NCBI RefSeq assembly: GCF_036971445.1
Contig: NC_091469.1
Span: forward strand, 195,672,001 to 195,736,000
DNA length: 64,000 nucleotides
Origin: Narcine bancroftii
Taxonomy: Eukaryota
Direction of reading: 5' to 3'
In this document: piece after piece, positions 35,549 to 48,400 of the stretch
Position numbering within the stretch: position 1 is the first letter of the stretch
Layout: each line of letters starts with the position of its first letter
The notes under the pieces: generated by a model
Seen by the model: the letters and a program-made list of their open reading frames with translations, nothing else
Told to the model about the DNA's origin: nothing
The model's database searches: none
Position numbers and translations under genes: made by a program

Positions 35549-38500
35549 TTTTTTTTTAATTAAAGATTTTCAATCAACATAGAGTTAAAAATAAACAAAA
35601 TCAAAGAAACATCACAGATATAGAAAATAAAATACCAAAACCAAACTACATGTTGATGTACAAAGGAAGAATCAACACATAATCACAATTATCAAATTCT
35701 GCACCATTGTTTATAAATGCAAAATTACATACCACCCTTAAAAGAAAAGTAGGAAGCAGAAAAAAGAAAAGAAAAGAGAAAAAGAGAAAGACACTCTCCT
35801 CAAAGGAAAAATAAAAATAAATGAAGAGGTAAATCTCCTATCTGATGTGACAAAATCATGTTTTCCAAAAGCATTAATTACCTACAGATGAAACATTATA
35901 TGATTCATACAGAGCTTAATTCCTCCCTTAAGGGATAAATGTCTTGACTTAGACATCACTAGGGATACTGGAGATAGTGGTATTGGAAACCAGAGAGGGG
36001 GGGGGGGCAAATATTCAAAGGTTAACCTCTGTGTATCTTAAATACAGGTTTCATATTCTTGAAAACGTAATAATTTCTGAGGTTATAAGTAATCTCCAGG
36101 GGAACACAACTATGCATTACTGACTTCCAGCGGATCAGACTCAGTTGGGGATCAGATTTCCAAGTAATGGCTATGCATTTCTTGACTACTGCTAAAGCAA
36201 GTTTAACAAATTTTAATTGATATTTCAACAGCCTCATTTTGGGTCTTAAATCTGCTAATTTACCAAATAAAAACAATTCTGGCACCTCAGGATATTGAAT
36301 TCTGGTAATTTTGTTCCAGGAGGTTCCCCAAATCTTCCTAGAAGGATCTCACCTTAGAGCATGACCAGGTCAAATGCAAAAAAGTCCCCATATCTTGACC
36401 ACATCAAAAACATAATTCAGATTTCAATTTATTTAATTTTTGTGGAGTAAGGTACAGCTGATGCAAAAAAATTATATTGCACCAGCCTAGACCTTACATT
36501 AATTGCATTGCTTATGTTGTCCCAACATAGGTCGGACCATAAAAATTGATCAATTTCTTTACCCAAATCTGATTCCCATTTCTTTTAACTTATCTAGTCC
36601 TTGATAGGGGCTTCTGCCTGGAGTAAGAAATACATTTTTGAGATAAATTTCTTTGTGATCCCCTTTCAAACCAGAGTCTCTATTTCAGTACATTGTGTTA
36701 TGGTCAGAGCAAGACCTAACTTATCCCTTAAATAAGATCTTAATTGAAAATAGCAGAAAAAAGGATGTATTTAAAACTCCAAATGTATTCCTGATTTGTT
36801 CAAATGTCATAAATTGTCCCTGCTCAAAACAATCTTCAATATATTTAATCCCATGTAGTGAGGTTACTTTGGCTACAGCTCGGTTATAGCCCTGAGGCTG
36901 TAGCTCGAATCCGCAGGAGAAGAAAGAAAGAAACACACACCAGTAGAGTGTATTCAACACTGAGTTTATTCATTGGCAGCTCTGCCTTTCATAGTCAGCT
37001 CAGTCACGTCACCACCGGGGCGTGGCTTGAGTGGGTCAGCTGCTGGTTGTTTACCTAGGATGCTTGGGCTCCGATTGGGCACCTTCAATCCACCGGCAGT
37101 GATTGGCCAGTTTCACTGCTCTGCCGGAGGCCTATGGAAACGGGCGTTTCAGCCCACATGATGTTTTGCCGGTCATTTGACAGCCATTTCCTGTGTCGGC
37201 CTGAGGCACGAGCCATGGGCTGCTGCACAAACCCCCGCTACCCCCCAGAGTGGGCAATTGGGGCACTGTTTTTAGGAGGCTGAACTTTAGGCTGTGGGGT
37301 CGGGTGAATGATGGGATGGTCAAAGTCCAAGTAGGCTAGTTTCAACTGGTCAAGTGTGAAAGTCTCTTCCCTACCGCCAATGTCCAAAACACAGGTGGAG
37401 CCATTGTGTCTGAGGACATGGCCCCTCATAAGGCCACTGTAGAGATGGCTAGTGAGCCCCACGCCAAACAAATAAACACGTATTTACAGTCAGTAAAGTT
37501 CTTTGGGATGTAAGTGCAGGCTTGGCCGTGGGGTCTAAGTTTAATGGGGGCCAGAGTGCCTAGGCGCTCACGTAGTCAGGACATTGTGGCCGCTGGGGGT
37601 TCCCCTAAGTCTTCAGAGGCCATCACAAATTTGCTCGGTATAACTAGGGGTGTGTCATAGACTTTCTTGGCAGAGGATGCCTCGAGATCCTCCTTGAGTG
37701 CAGTGCAGATGCCTAACAGGACCCAAGGGAGTGCATCAGCCCAGTTAAGGCTGCCTTAAGGTGTTTGTGGAACCTCTCCACAAACTCGTTGGCCTGTGGG
37801 TGATACGCCATAATATGGTGGAGTTGGGTCCCCAGGGCGTGGGCTAAAGCAGTCCATAGACTAGAAGTGAATTGGGCCCCCCTGTCCAATAAGGTGTTCG
37901 GGGACCCCAAAACGTACTATCCAAGTGTTGAGTAAAGCTGTGCGCATACTTCTGTGGCACTGCCTCTGGGCCATCTGGTCAACCATTGTAAGAAGGTAAC
38001 GTGTGCCTCTGGATACATGTAGGGGCCCCACAATGTCAATGTGCATGTGGCTGAAGTGGCAACATGCTGGCTTGAATGTCTATGGTGGATCTTTGATATT
38101 AGACTGGATTTTGGATGACTGGCACTGATTACAAGTCCTGGCCCACAGGGCAACCTCTTTGCAGAGCCCATGCCCCCATACCTGTTTGCCACCATTTTGT
38201 CTGCAGTCCTGATAGCGAGGTGAGCCAAGTTGTCGACCTAGTCAAAAACCAGCCTCTTCCATGCAGCCAGAATGACAGGGCAGGGTTTACCCATCGAGAT
38301 GTCAGAGAGCAGCGTGCGATCACTGGGGGCCATCTAGATATCCTCCAGTTGTAAGCCAGTGAGCGCAGTACAATATGCTGGAATGTCAGGGTCTGCTTGC
38401 TGCTCATCAGCCAGGGGTTGATGCCTGGTCGATGCCAGGGGTTGATGCCAGGGGTAGGGTCATGCACCGCCAAGATAGCATCGACCACCACGTTGGATTT

Positions 38501-41370
38501 ACTGGCTGTGTTCAATGTCCAATGTAAATTGGAAATGTAGGACAGCTGTTGGCTGGCTGACCACAGATCTGTCACTTTACTGAAGGTGAAGGTAAGAGGT
38601 CTGTGGTCCATGGAAATTTTGAACTTCCTGCCCTCCAGGAAGTAACGTAAGTGCCAAATTGCCAGGTATAAGGCTAACAGTTCTCTTTCAAAGGCACTGT
38701 ACTTGAGCTCTGGTGGTCTGAGGTGTTTGCTGAAGAAGGCCAGCAGTTGTCATTGTTCATTCACCAATTCTTTGAGTACACCCCCAACCGCTGTGCTAGA
38801 GGTGTCTGTCATGAGGACGGTTGGGGCATCTGTCCATGGGTGCATGAGGAGAGTGACCTTGGTCACCTCGTGGGTCCATTTTATGTTTTTATTGGGTCCT
38901 CCATGAGGGGAAAGAATGGGCTCATGATGTGGGCTGCTGCAGGTATGAAGCGGTGATAAAAGTTGACTATACCTGCAAACTCTTGTAGTCCCTTCACTGT
39001 CGATAGCATGGGGAAAGAGCGGATAGCAACCACCTTAGTGGGTAACAATCTGATATGATGGCCCTGGAAGTCAATAGTCTCTCAGCCAAACTGGCAATTG
39101 GCCGGGTTGATGGTTAGGCCGAAATCAGTCAGCCTGGAAAATAATCGTTTTAAGTGGGCGGTGTGCTCAGCGCGGGTGTTGCTGGCAATTAAAATATAGG
39201 TAGATTAAAGCAAAATGCAGAACCTGGCCCACTGCATCCATCAGCCTCTGGAAAGTCTAAACCATGTTTTTTAACCCGAAGGGCATGTGGAGAAATTCAA
39301 ACAATTCAAAGGGTGTTATGATGGAGGTTTTTGGCATGTCTTTGGGGTATGCTGGGATCTGGTGATAGCCCCTGATGAGGTTAACCTTTGAGAATATCTC
39401 TGCCCCTTGCAGGTTAGCAGTGAAGTCTTGGATATGGGGCACGGGATATCTGTCCGGTATGGTGGCATCATTGAGGCAGCGGTAGTCTCCACACGGCATT
39501 CAGCCACCTGGTGCGTTGGGGACCAGGTGGAGAGGGAAGGCCCAAGGACTATCGAAGCGCCGCACGATGCTGAGATCCTCCATCTTTTTGAACTCGCCCT
39601 GGTTAGGTTGAGTTTCTCGGGAGGAGACGCCGCGCCCAGGTGTGGAAGGGAGTGCCTTCTGTAATGATTTTGTGCCTCACCCCATGTTTGGGTTCTGCCG
39701 AATGGAAGTGAGGTGTGGTAATGGAGGGGAATTCCACTAGGACCCAAGTGAATTCATTGATGGCAATACTCACTGAGTGCAGGTAGAGACTGGTGAGTTC
39801 AGTGCCCTTGAGTGAGAGTGACTGAAATGTCCGGGAGTGCACCAACCAGTGCCCCTTGATATCCACCAGGAGTGAGTTGGCCCACAGAAAATCTGCACCC
39901 AGTAATGGCTGTTGCATCTGAATTGTCTGTCCCCAAAGTGTAGGGGAATGGTGCGGGTGCCGAATTTTTGGATTTTGGAGCCATTTGCCACTCAAAGCTC
40001 CTGACCCACTTTGCTGCAGCAGGCCTCCAGGCTGTTTGGGGGAATTATGCTGTATTGTGCCCCAGTGTCCACCAAGAAATGTCAGCCCAACAGGGAGTCT
40101 TGAATGTGTAGCAGTCTATGAAGTTGGCTGGTCGTTGCAGCCATTAATGGTGGCCAGCCTGGCTGTTACCCTGGAATGCACAAGGGGAGTGGCATTGATG
40201 GGCCTTGGAATCCCACCATAGGTAATAGAAATAGTACTGCTCACTGGTGGGGTGTGGCATTCGGGTGGTCAGTTGGTGGTCTTCCTGGCCCGGCACTATT
40301 GATGCGGTGCTGTCACCTGCTTGAGCGAAGCACAGGCATCCCTCTTCACCGCCCATAACACGTCTGCTCGGGCAGCCACCCTCCTGGGGTCATCGAAGTC
40401 TTCTTCTGCGATGAGCAGCCGGATGTCCTCGGGGAGTGTCTCCAGGAAGATCTGCTGGAACTGCAGGCAGGAGGTGTGGCCATCATTGAGAGTGAGCATG
40501 TCGCTCATGATGGCAGAGGGGCCCTGTCCTCCAAACCATCGATATGCAACAGTCGGGCAGCACACTCACGCTTTGAGAGCCCAAAAATGTGGCTCAACAG
40601 CTCTTTGGTGGCCACATACCTTCCTTGTTCCAGGGGCTGCTGGATGAAGTTGCTGATACGGGTTTCAGTGTCCTGATCTAGGGTGCTGACCACGTGGTAG
40701 TAGCACGTGTCATCAGTGGAAATCCGTCGAATGGCGAACTGTGCCTCAGCTTACTGGAACCGCACCTGTGTTTGCGACATCCAGAAGCTGGGCAGATTCA
40801 GTGCTACGGTGTTGATTGTAGGTTGATCTTCCATCTTCAGGTCGAAAGCGCCATTTGGACTAGTTGGGGTCACCACTGTGGCGAGGTCACTATGGCTACA
40901 GCTGGGTTATAGCTCTCAGTTATAGCCCTGAGGCTGTAGCTCGAATCCGCAGGAGAAGAAAGACACACACACACACATACCAGTGGAATGTATTCGACAC
41001 TGAGTTTATTCAGTGGCAGCTCTGCCTTTTATAGTCAGCTTGGCTGCATCACCATGGCTTGAGTGGGCCAGCTGCCGATTGGTTACCTCGGATGCCTGGG
41101 CTCTGCTTTGGCCCCCTGTGATCCACCGGTGATGATTGGCCAGTTTCACCGCTCTGCCAGCAGCCTCTGGAAATGGGTGTTTCAGCCCGCATAATGCTTT
41201 GATGGTCGCCACGTTCGACGGCTATTTCATGTGTCGGCCTGAGGTCCGGGCCGCAGGCCGCTACACCCAGACTTAAGCTATTCTTAAGGCAAAATTTGGA
41301 AGTACCTAACTTTTTCCCTAATAAGAACTTATTGTTACCTCAAATTATGATTTCTGTTTTGGGTTCAGTG
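35549..41370 (-). mobile_element. 5'-truncated L1 3' portion (35549-36853 and 41270-~41370), interrupted by a Gypsy provirus
   Basis: Poly(T) at 35549; ORF 36022..36285 has KLALAVVKKCIAITWKSD..CVPLEITYNLR; GIKYIEDCFEQGQFMTFEQI runs up to the LTR junction. Confidence 0.85.
36854..41265 (-). mobile_element. Complete decayed Ty3/Gypsy provirus (gag-PR-RT-RH-INT), about 4.4 kb
   Basis: LTRs at 40877-41265 and 36854-37227; 4-bp TSD ccca at 36850-36853 and 41266-41269; PBS TGGTGACCCC (tRNA-Trp-like) next to the 5' LTR; G-rich PPT at about 37228-37250; RT motif PCGDYRCLND..DRYPVPHI; INT motifs HIDIVGPL and YHPQANEFVERFH. Confidence 0.95.
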
Positions 41371-42339
41371 GATTTTTGCAGTCCAAGTGTTTTGGTGTTA
41401 AACGATATTGAGCAGAAGTGAATGGATGGAGTTAGGTCAGAATACCTATGTTAGCAAAGAACAGCAGTATGGGGCCAGAGGGTTGAATGGCCTATATCTG
41501 TTCCTAGAATTCTTTTCAAAGGTGATCATTGAATTTAGAATGGCCTGGAGTGTCCTCAGAGCAGTAAGTTGCTTTAAGTCAGAGACATTAGAAAAAAAAA
41601 ATCCTCGACAAAACTGGATCGAGATTGACAAGATCCCAGGCAACACAGTCTTTTGATCATAAATCCCAAAACTATGCTTTGACATAAGATGAAGTCACTT
41701 CCCCCTTCCAGATGAAATAGCAGTCAAAGTTGTGAAAAAGCTTGAATGTTTGTGAATGACATGCCATACTGATCTCAGATTTTAAATGATTAATTGCGCT
41801 GCTTTTACTTATTTCTAACGTGCCTGAGAAAAAAAGTTTTAAAAAAAATTTCTTACTTAAAAGTCCTGACTCTGTTTTTTATGTAATGCCCATTGCCTTG
41901 GAATCTTCCATCAGCTTCTCTCTTCCTACTCCATCAATCCTTTTCACAATCCTGAAAACCAAAACGTTTATATCCTAGGGTTTATCCCCCCCCAACCCCC
42001 ATCAGAATAAAACCTGGAGCATTCTTCCAAAATTTTGGAGAACTTGTTCTTCATTCCTTTTGAGGCAATAAGGGTTTTTTAAAGGTTTATTTCTCAGAAT
42101 TGTACACAATGCTCTGTATATGATTTAAACAGGATCCTAAATGGCTATAGTATGGCCATCAATTTCACAAATGTACAAAAATCATCAAAGGGAATTTAAA
42201 ATCAAACATATCAAAGAGTATTTTTGAAAATATTTTAAACATTTCAAAACAATATACAACTAAATAACTCAGTTACATTATAGGAAAACTGTACTCTTTG
42301 CTTCATTGAAGCTTCTTTCATATAAGGAAACAAGAAATA

Positions 42340-42600
42340 GGACGCCAATTGGCCCATCAATTCTGCAATTTAATCCAATTTAGTTTTATTCTCCCTGCAT
42401 TCTTATTCACTTCCCTCAGATTCTACCACTCACTTTCAAACTTTACATCAGCCACTTAACCTACCAACCTGCAAATGTTGGAAATATGGGAGGAAACTGG
42501 AGCACCCATGTAAACTTCACACAGATATCATCCAAGGTCAGGATTGAACCTGGGTCCCTAGTGTTGTGAGGTAGAAGTTCCTCTAACTGAGCTACTGTTG
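42340..42600 (-). mobile_element. V-SINE (HE1-like) remnant
   Basis: tgggaggaaactggagcaccc..aaggtcaggattgaacctgggtccc (reverse B-box). Confidence 0.78.
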
Positions 42601-42849
42601 CTTGCCAGAGCTTTATTAAACAAAATTACTGAAGTTGCAATTTTAGTTCTTGGAAATCAGAAAATTGTCTATAAAATAACAATTGGAAACAGTAAACTTA
42701 TAACTTTATTTTTCATCTTTTTGTCCAACAGTAACACATGATAGGGTATAGTTAATTCTGACTGGTTTATGTATAGCCTCAGCCTGATCTAATTGGTTCC
42801 ACTAACTTTCAATCCTCCTCTTTGTGATCTGATCCAATCAATCAAAAAT

Positions 42850-43030
42850 GCTCAAAATCAAAACACTAAAGATTCTAGAAATATGAAACAAAAACAGAAA
42901 ATGCTGGAAGTACTCAACAGATCAGGCAGTATCTGGGGAGAAAGAACAGAATTAATGGTCTGAAACTCTGTTTGTTCCCTGTTCCTCTCCCCTAAAAATG
43001 CTTCCTGACCTGCTGATTGATTTCAGGTAT
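42850..43030. repeat. Palindromic Penelope-terminus-derived repeat
   Basis: aaaacagaaaatgctggaagtactcaacagatcaggcagtatct followed by the inverted tgcttcctgacctgctga. Confidence 0.7.
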
Positions 43031-43399
43031 AATGGCAACTTCAATTTCATTGAAACTCTTGATTTTCTGTGCACACTGCCAATAAGCCTGCACTTGGATT
43101 GAAGTGCCAATTGTCAGCTTGAAATAAGACAACTGGAAAGTATGCATCACCAGTATAGTTCAACACTGATTCAGCAGTGCCTTCATTCTACTTAAAAAGG
43201 GGTTATTATAATGAATTGTAAAACTAGTATTTTAACCCTGTCATAAACAGTCATGATTGTACACTACTTAACTTAAACTACCTGTTCCTTGTTAGTTTTT
43301 CAAGTTTGGAATTTACAAAGCACACTCTAGGAATAGTTTTTTTTTTGGTGACAGTTACTCTGTTTAACTACCTTTGACACAATTTTCTGAAAACGAAAG

Positions 43400-44340
43400 C
43401 ATTTTAGCCTGCGTTTGCACCAGAATCACACCAGCCTTGGTAGCCATTGGTTGGATGCAAACAAGTGCCCATTTGGAATCGGCGCCTTTTAACTTTCACA
43501 CCAAGTTTTCCTTTCCCTCTCGCTAATTTCATTGGAATGATTAATGTTAGAAAATTCAACATTTCAGTAAGAATGATGCGTTCCTCGCTTGCTTGATTCA
43601 TTGGATGGCAATAGGTGTCAAGGAGCACGAACCAACTGCAGAAACCTTGTACCCATGGATTCCGTTTTAGACCGGGTTAATTCAGTAATCTTCCATTTGA
43701 CTCTTGAAACAAGCTATGGAATCAAACCAGTTCATTTTGGTGTGCACACCTCAATAACACTGATCGGTTTTGAAGCCTAACAATTCTAGATGTGGTATGA
43801 ACATACAGATAGTTAATCAAGGCCTTGCAGGCTGTAGGAAAAAATATATAAATCACCTGCCAAGCTTTTTGTAGTCATATTGAAAACACTTTCCAGTGTG
43901 AGAAGAAAAACCTTTCAATTTTGTTAGACAGATTTTGAAGTAAGCCATAATCATCAATAGGCCCAAAGAAAGTGATGAGGCTTCTCACCTGGGCTCGGAG
44001 CGCAAGCCTCCAATTAGAGAAAAATTGTTTGTTTTTAATGGTCTTTTACACTGACAAGTGGGCAATCATTCCAGCACCGGTAGCTGTCAGGGATCCAGGA
44101 AAATCCTCAGTTGATAATGCCCAATGCTTCCAATTAGGAGCAGAGCCGCTCCTGGAGCGCTAACGATTCCCCTGTCTCCACAGGCCCTCGATCAGACTTT
44201 TACTGCAAATTACTGACACAAAACAACTTGTATTGATGGCGGAACATGTCGTCCGTGGCTGCTGAGTTTAATGAGGCGATGGAAGTTTGGTTTTGCTGAA
44301 TTTCTTTGTTTGACAGCTGCTTGGGAAGAGGAGTGTTGAC
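43400..44340. promoter_or_regulatory. Candidate conserved non-coding element / enhancer block
   Basis: No recognisable repeat; CpGs retained against a CpG-depleted background; TAAT/ATTA, TGACA, TGAT and TGTTT motifs; no convincing ORF. Conservation not tested. Confidence 0.4.
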
Positions 44341-45289
44341 CTTATAAAAGATTTAGTGATTCTCATTATATTCTGTCAAGTAGTAGAGTGATGTGTTTCT
44401 AAGTAATTTGCATCCAGGCTTCTTGTGCATATTTTTGCAGAATATTTCTATATCAAAAAAGTAACTGTTGCAGTCTCTCCATCCGTTTTTTTTTAAAAAG
44501 TGCTTGTCCGAAAGCTGCTATTTCATTCAAGGGTGGAGAAGAGTGAAGTAAAAGAAACAGATATATCTTTCCTATAGTCCACCTAGAAATTGAACTTATA
44601 GTTTTAGTTTTCATGGATATATTATAAAACTAACAACATATAGTGGCAGATGGTGTACACAGCAGGGAATAGTGGTGATAAGAGTGGCTCTGCTCTATAT
44701 CTGTGACGTTTTTTGACACAAATCTGGACCACTTGCTGAACAATACTGTAACTATAATAGGTTTTGTGGGTGTGATTATTTTTAACAAGTTGTCAGCAGC
44801 TCTTGAGAATTGTTGATAATTTTTCCTTTTGTTTGTTTGTCTGTATGATGGACGGTGCTGGATTATCACTGGTCTGTGACGGCACTCCTTCCTGCTTGTT
44901 TGTGGTGGGTGGGTGGGTGGTGGGAACCAACAGAAGCAGAAGAAAGCAATTAGTGATTGCAAACAAGGTGTAATGTCTTCTTGCTGGCAATTCAATCTGT
45001 CAGTCCTGTTACTGCTGTAACCTGAGTAGCCAAGGACAATTGCAGCAGCGTCATTTGGAAAGAGCCGCACAAAGGTCCTGAAAATGAGTGTTCAATCATC
45101 CAATTTGATGTATCTCAGTAATGGACTCAGTAAATGGGTGAAAATTTTATTGGATATATTATATTTCAGAAATGCTTCCTCATTCCATTTCAAATGATCT
45201 CCAACATTATATCAATGAGCCGCTTTGACTCTTTTTTTGGCCATAAAGCATTCTCGATCATCCAAAGGTTGTGAAAACCACTATATAAA

Positions 45290-45460
45290 TGCAAAAAATG
45301 CTGGAAACTCTTAGCAAATAAGGCAGCATTTCAGATTAAAAATTCTTTGTCAGAACTGGGAAAGAGAGAATTCTCATGAATGATCTTCAATCCAAAATGT
45401 TAACTGCTGAATATTTTCTGCATTTTCAGTTTTACTTCAGATACCTTTCAACTTTTTTTT
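45290..45460. repeat. Palindromic Penelope-terminus-derived repeat with two inverted decayed hammerhead-like cores
   Basis: aaaatgctggaaactcttagc..tttcagattaaaaattctttgtcagaa, then ttctcatgaatgatcttcaatccaaaatgttaac..ctgcattttcagttttacttcagat. Confidence 0.6.
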
Positions 45461-48400
45461 TGCTTTTCATTTTAAAAAGTCACTTTTTTAACGAAATTCT
45501 AAATGTTCATCTTGGATTTGTGGACCAGGGTAATGCTTAGATAATAAAATCCCCATGGAGACTAACTTTACCTTTCTTTACCATGTTCTTTCTTATTTAT
45601 TACAAGAGGTGAAACATTGCAATGGTATCATTTATTATTTTTTGCAGCTTTTGGAAATGTACCATATGGAAAATGGCCATTTACCCCATCTTCTCCACCT
45701 CAATTAAAGACTCATAGACTCTAGACTAATCCTACATTCCATCTGTTGGTCTCTATCCCTGTTGGCTGCAGTGCTACAAATGCTTAGATAAGTGACAAGG
45801 CTTTTTAAACTTGCAAGAATAAAAAACACAAATTTCCTCAATTTTAGCAAAGGTCATCAAATATTTTCTCAACTCTTGTGTTTAGTTTTATTGATAGTCT
45901 ATGAATTCCATGTTGGTGTGAATGGAAACTTTTAGCTCTCTTACAATCTGATTGCAATCATGGAATTTCAAATTAAAAATTGAAAACAGGAGAATGATAA
46001 ATTCTGGGATTTAGAAATTATAATTATTCAGATGCTCCCAAGGTTTGCAAAATTAAGCAAAAGAAATATCATGGCTAAAGGGATGAGTTGCCTCACTATT
46101 CTGGTTTCTGCAAACATTACAAGCTCTAAAACTCTCTGTCGAATGCTTTGCAGATTATTAAGCACTGATAGTTCAGTTGCAACCATCATTCTGGGTATTT
46201 TTCTCATGTAAAGGGAATGTTAAGGGATGTAACGTCCAAGAGTTTTGTTTTAAAAGTAGTTATGGGGAAATCTTGACTCAAATTATACTTGGAGCAAATG
46301 GAGTTATCCAAATGCTAGAAAGGGGTGCTAGGTAAATGCATAACAAAGAAAAATTCAGAAGAGAAAATAGGTGGGAGAAGGCTTGCATTGAACATAAATT
46401 CCAACAGAAAACAACTGAGATGGTTGGTTGGTTTGGGCCCTCTACATTTTACAAGAATTTTACCAGTATCATAGTCAGTACCATTAAATAAATTTTATAT
46501 TAACATTTTTCTTTCCATTGTTACTGCCTGACCCGATACATACAGTACTCCCAGCATTTCTCTTTTGATTTGAAAGCTGCAGCATCCCATACTGTTTTAC
46601 TTTTGGACAAGATGATGTCCACTTTGACACCCTATCAATTCATTTCACTTTTTCTGACAGGGAATAATAATTGAACCCTTGAATACACACAACCTAAAGG
46701 ACTTGCATTAAAAAAATATCTAGCACCTTTATAACATTGTGACTAAATGGAAGAACATCCACATACATTAACTACCAAAATTCTAACCTGGTCATTTACT
46801 GGCTTATCACAATATTAAGGAAGAAATCATATAATAAGAGGTTCCATATGTGATATCTATTCCTCATGCTCACTTCTCCAAGAATATATTTTGCAATTGG
46901 GTATGGTTTCAAGAACATTATTGCAGAGAGGAATGTAACTTCCCTTGGTAATGAAGGTACCATTCAACTGAAGTATTCTACCAGGGAATGTCCAGAATAC
47001 TGGGATCAATGGAGGTGCTGTTCAATGGCCAGAATAATAATAATCCTATAGGTGTTGTATGATCTGCTGAGTTTCTCCAGCACTTTTGTGTATTGCACTA
47101 CAACTCCTACTCCTGCACACATTCCTGTGTAACTCCACCCGAGGACATTGATGTTATAACTTATTAGGATAACATTCTGGGTGCAACACTTAAATTGTTT
47201 TGTAACCTTAAAATGATCTCTCATGTGGTCTTTGAGATACTCTTCTTTTTATGAAAACATGAAACTTATTTAATGTTCTTTTTAATTGTGTGTAATTTAT
47301 TCCTATTTTCTAATATTACGGTATTCCAGCCTTTTCTAGCCTCTTCGTTGAAATGATGTAGGCTAACCCTTACGGTCAAACTTTGTTTTTTCTATCTTTT
47401 AATTTTTACATTTTTGGTGAAATTTGCTCCATTTGATTGGATTCATGACACATTTACATTTCCTCTTATAAATGGAGAAATGGAAATCCTGAGAAAGAAC
47501 TATGCTTTAAAAATGGAGACCAGATAAAAACTGAAAGAATTCAAAAGAAATAACATCAAAGTCTTAAAATGAAGTGTTAAACTTTATATTTTACTTAGTC
47601 TAAATGAAAGCACATCATTATCATAAAATAAGCAGTTTTAAACCTAGTTTAAAATCTGAATCAATGCCACCAATGAAGTATATCAAGAAAAATCTGCTTG
47701 AAAATTTAAAATCAAACATGAAATTGTAAAATTTAAATTGTTTAAAGAGCTGCAGGTCATAGAAACTCTTTAATTGTCAAGCAAGAAATTGAAGATTATT
47801 TCTTCAAGTACTATCCTGTTCAAACTGACCAAATACACCACTGCTTTGATTATACTTTTGTTTTGTTTTTGTACAGATTGGTCCTCACCTTGATACATTC
47901 CAAAGTGCTGAAGCTCGTCAGAAAGCTTTCAAAGCTAACTGGCTGGATTCTGCAGCAAGATGTGGTCCCAATGGGCAAGGTGTCTATACCTTTGAATAAA
48001 ATTGTTGCTAAACTATTTTCTTCAACTTGCAAATAAATACGTAATAACTTGTGCACATTGCAAATATGGTTGTAATACATGGTCAGCATTATCTGATTAC
48101 ATTAGTTTTTAAGTTTGTTACACTAAATAGCTCTTCCATTCAGAATGGACATCACTTCTCAGAGCAGTAATTGCTTAAGAGGTTTGTCAAATATTGTCAA
48201 ATAAACTGAAGTTCTGGGGCATTGTCCATGAAGAAGCTTGGATCAATATAACTTTCCAAACAAACATTGGAGGAAGAGGATTTAACAATTCTATATTTAC
48301 TAAATGAAGTAATAATAACTGCCCTGAGTAAAAAGAACAGTTAAGCATATTTTAAATTTTTTTAAAATCAATTCTGGTATCACGTTGAGGTACGGTGAAT

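Noticed and set aside
44630-45070. 146-aa minus-strand ORF
   Set aside because: Non-ATG start, runs through simple repeats (ggtg, tttg) and has no recognisable domain.
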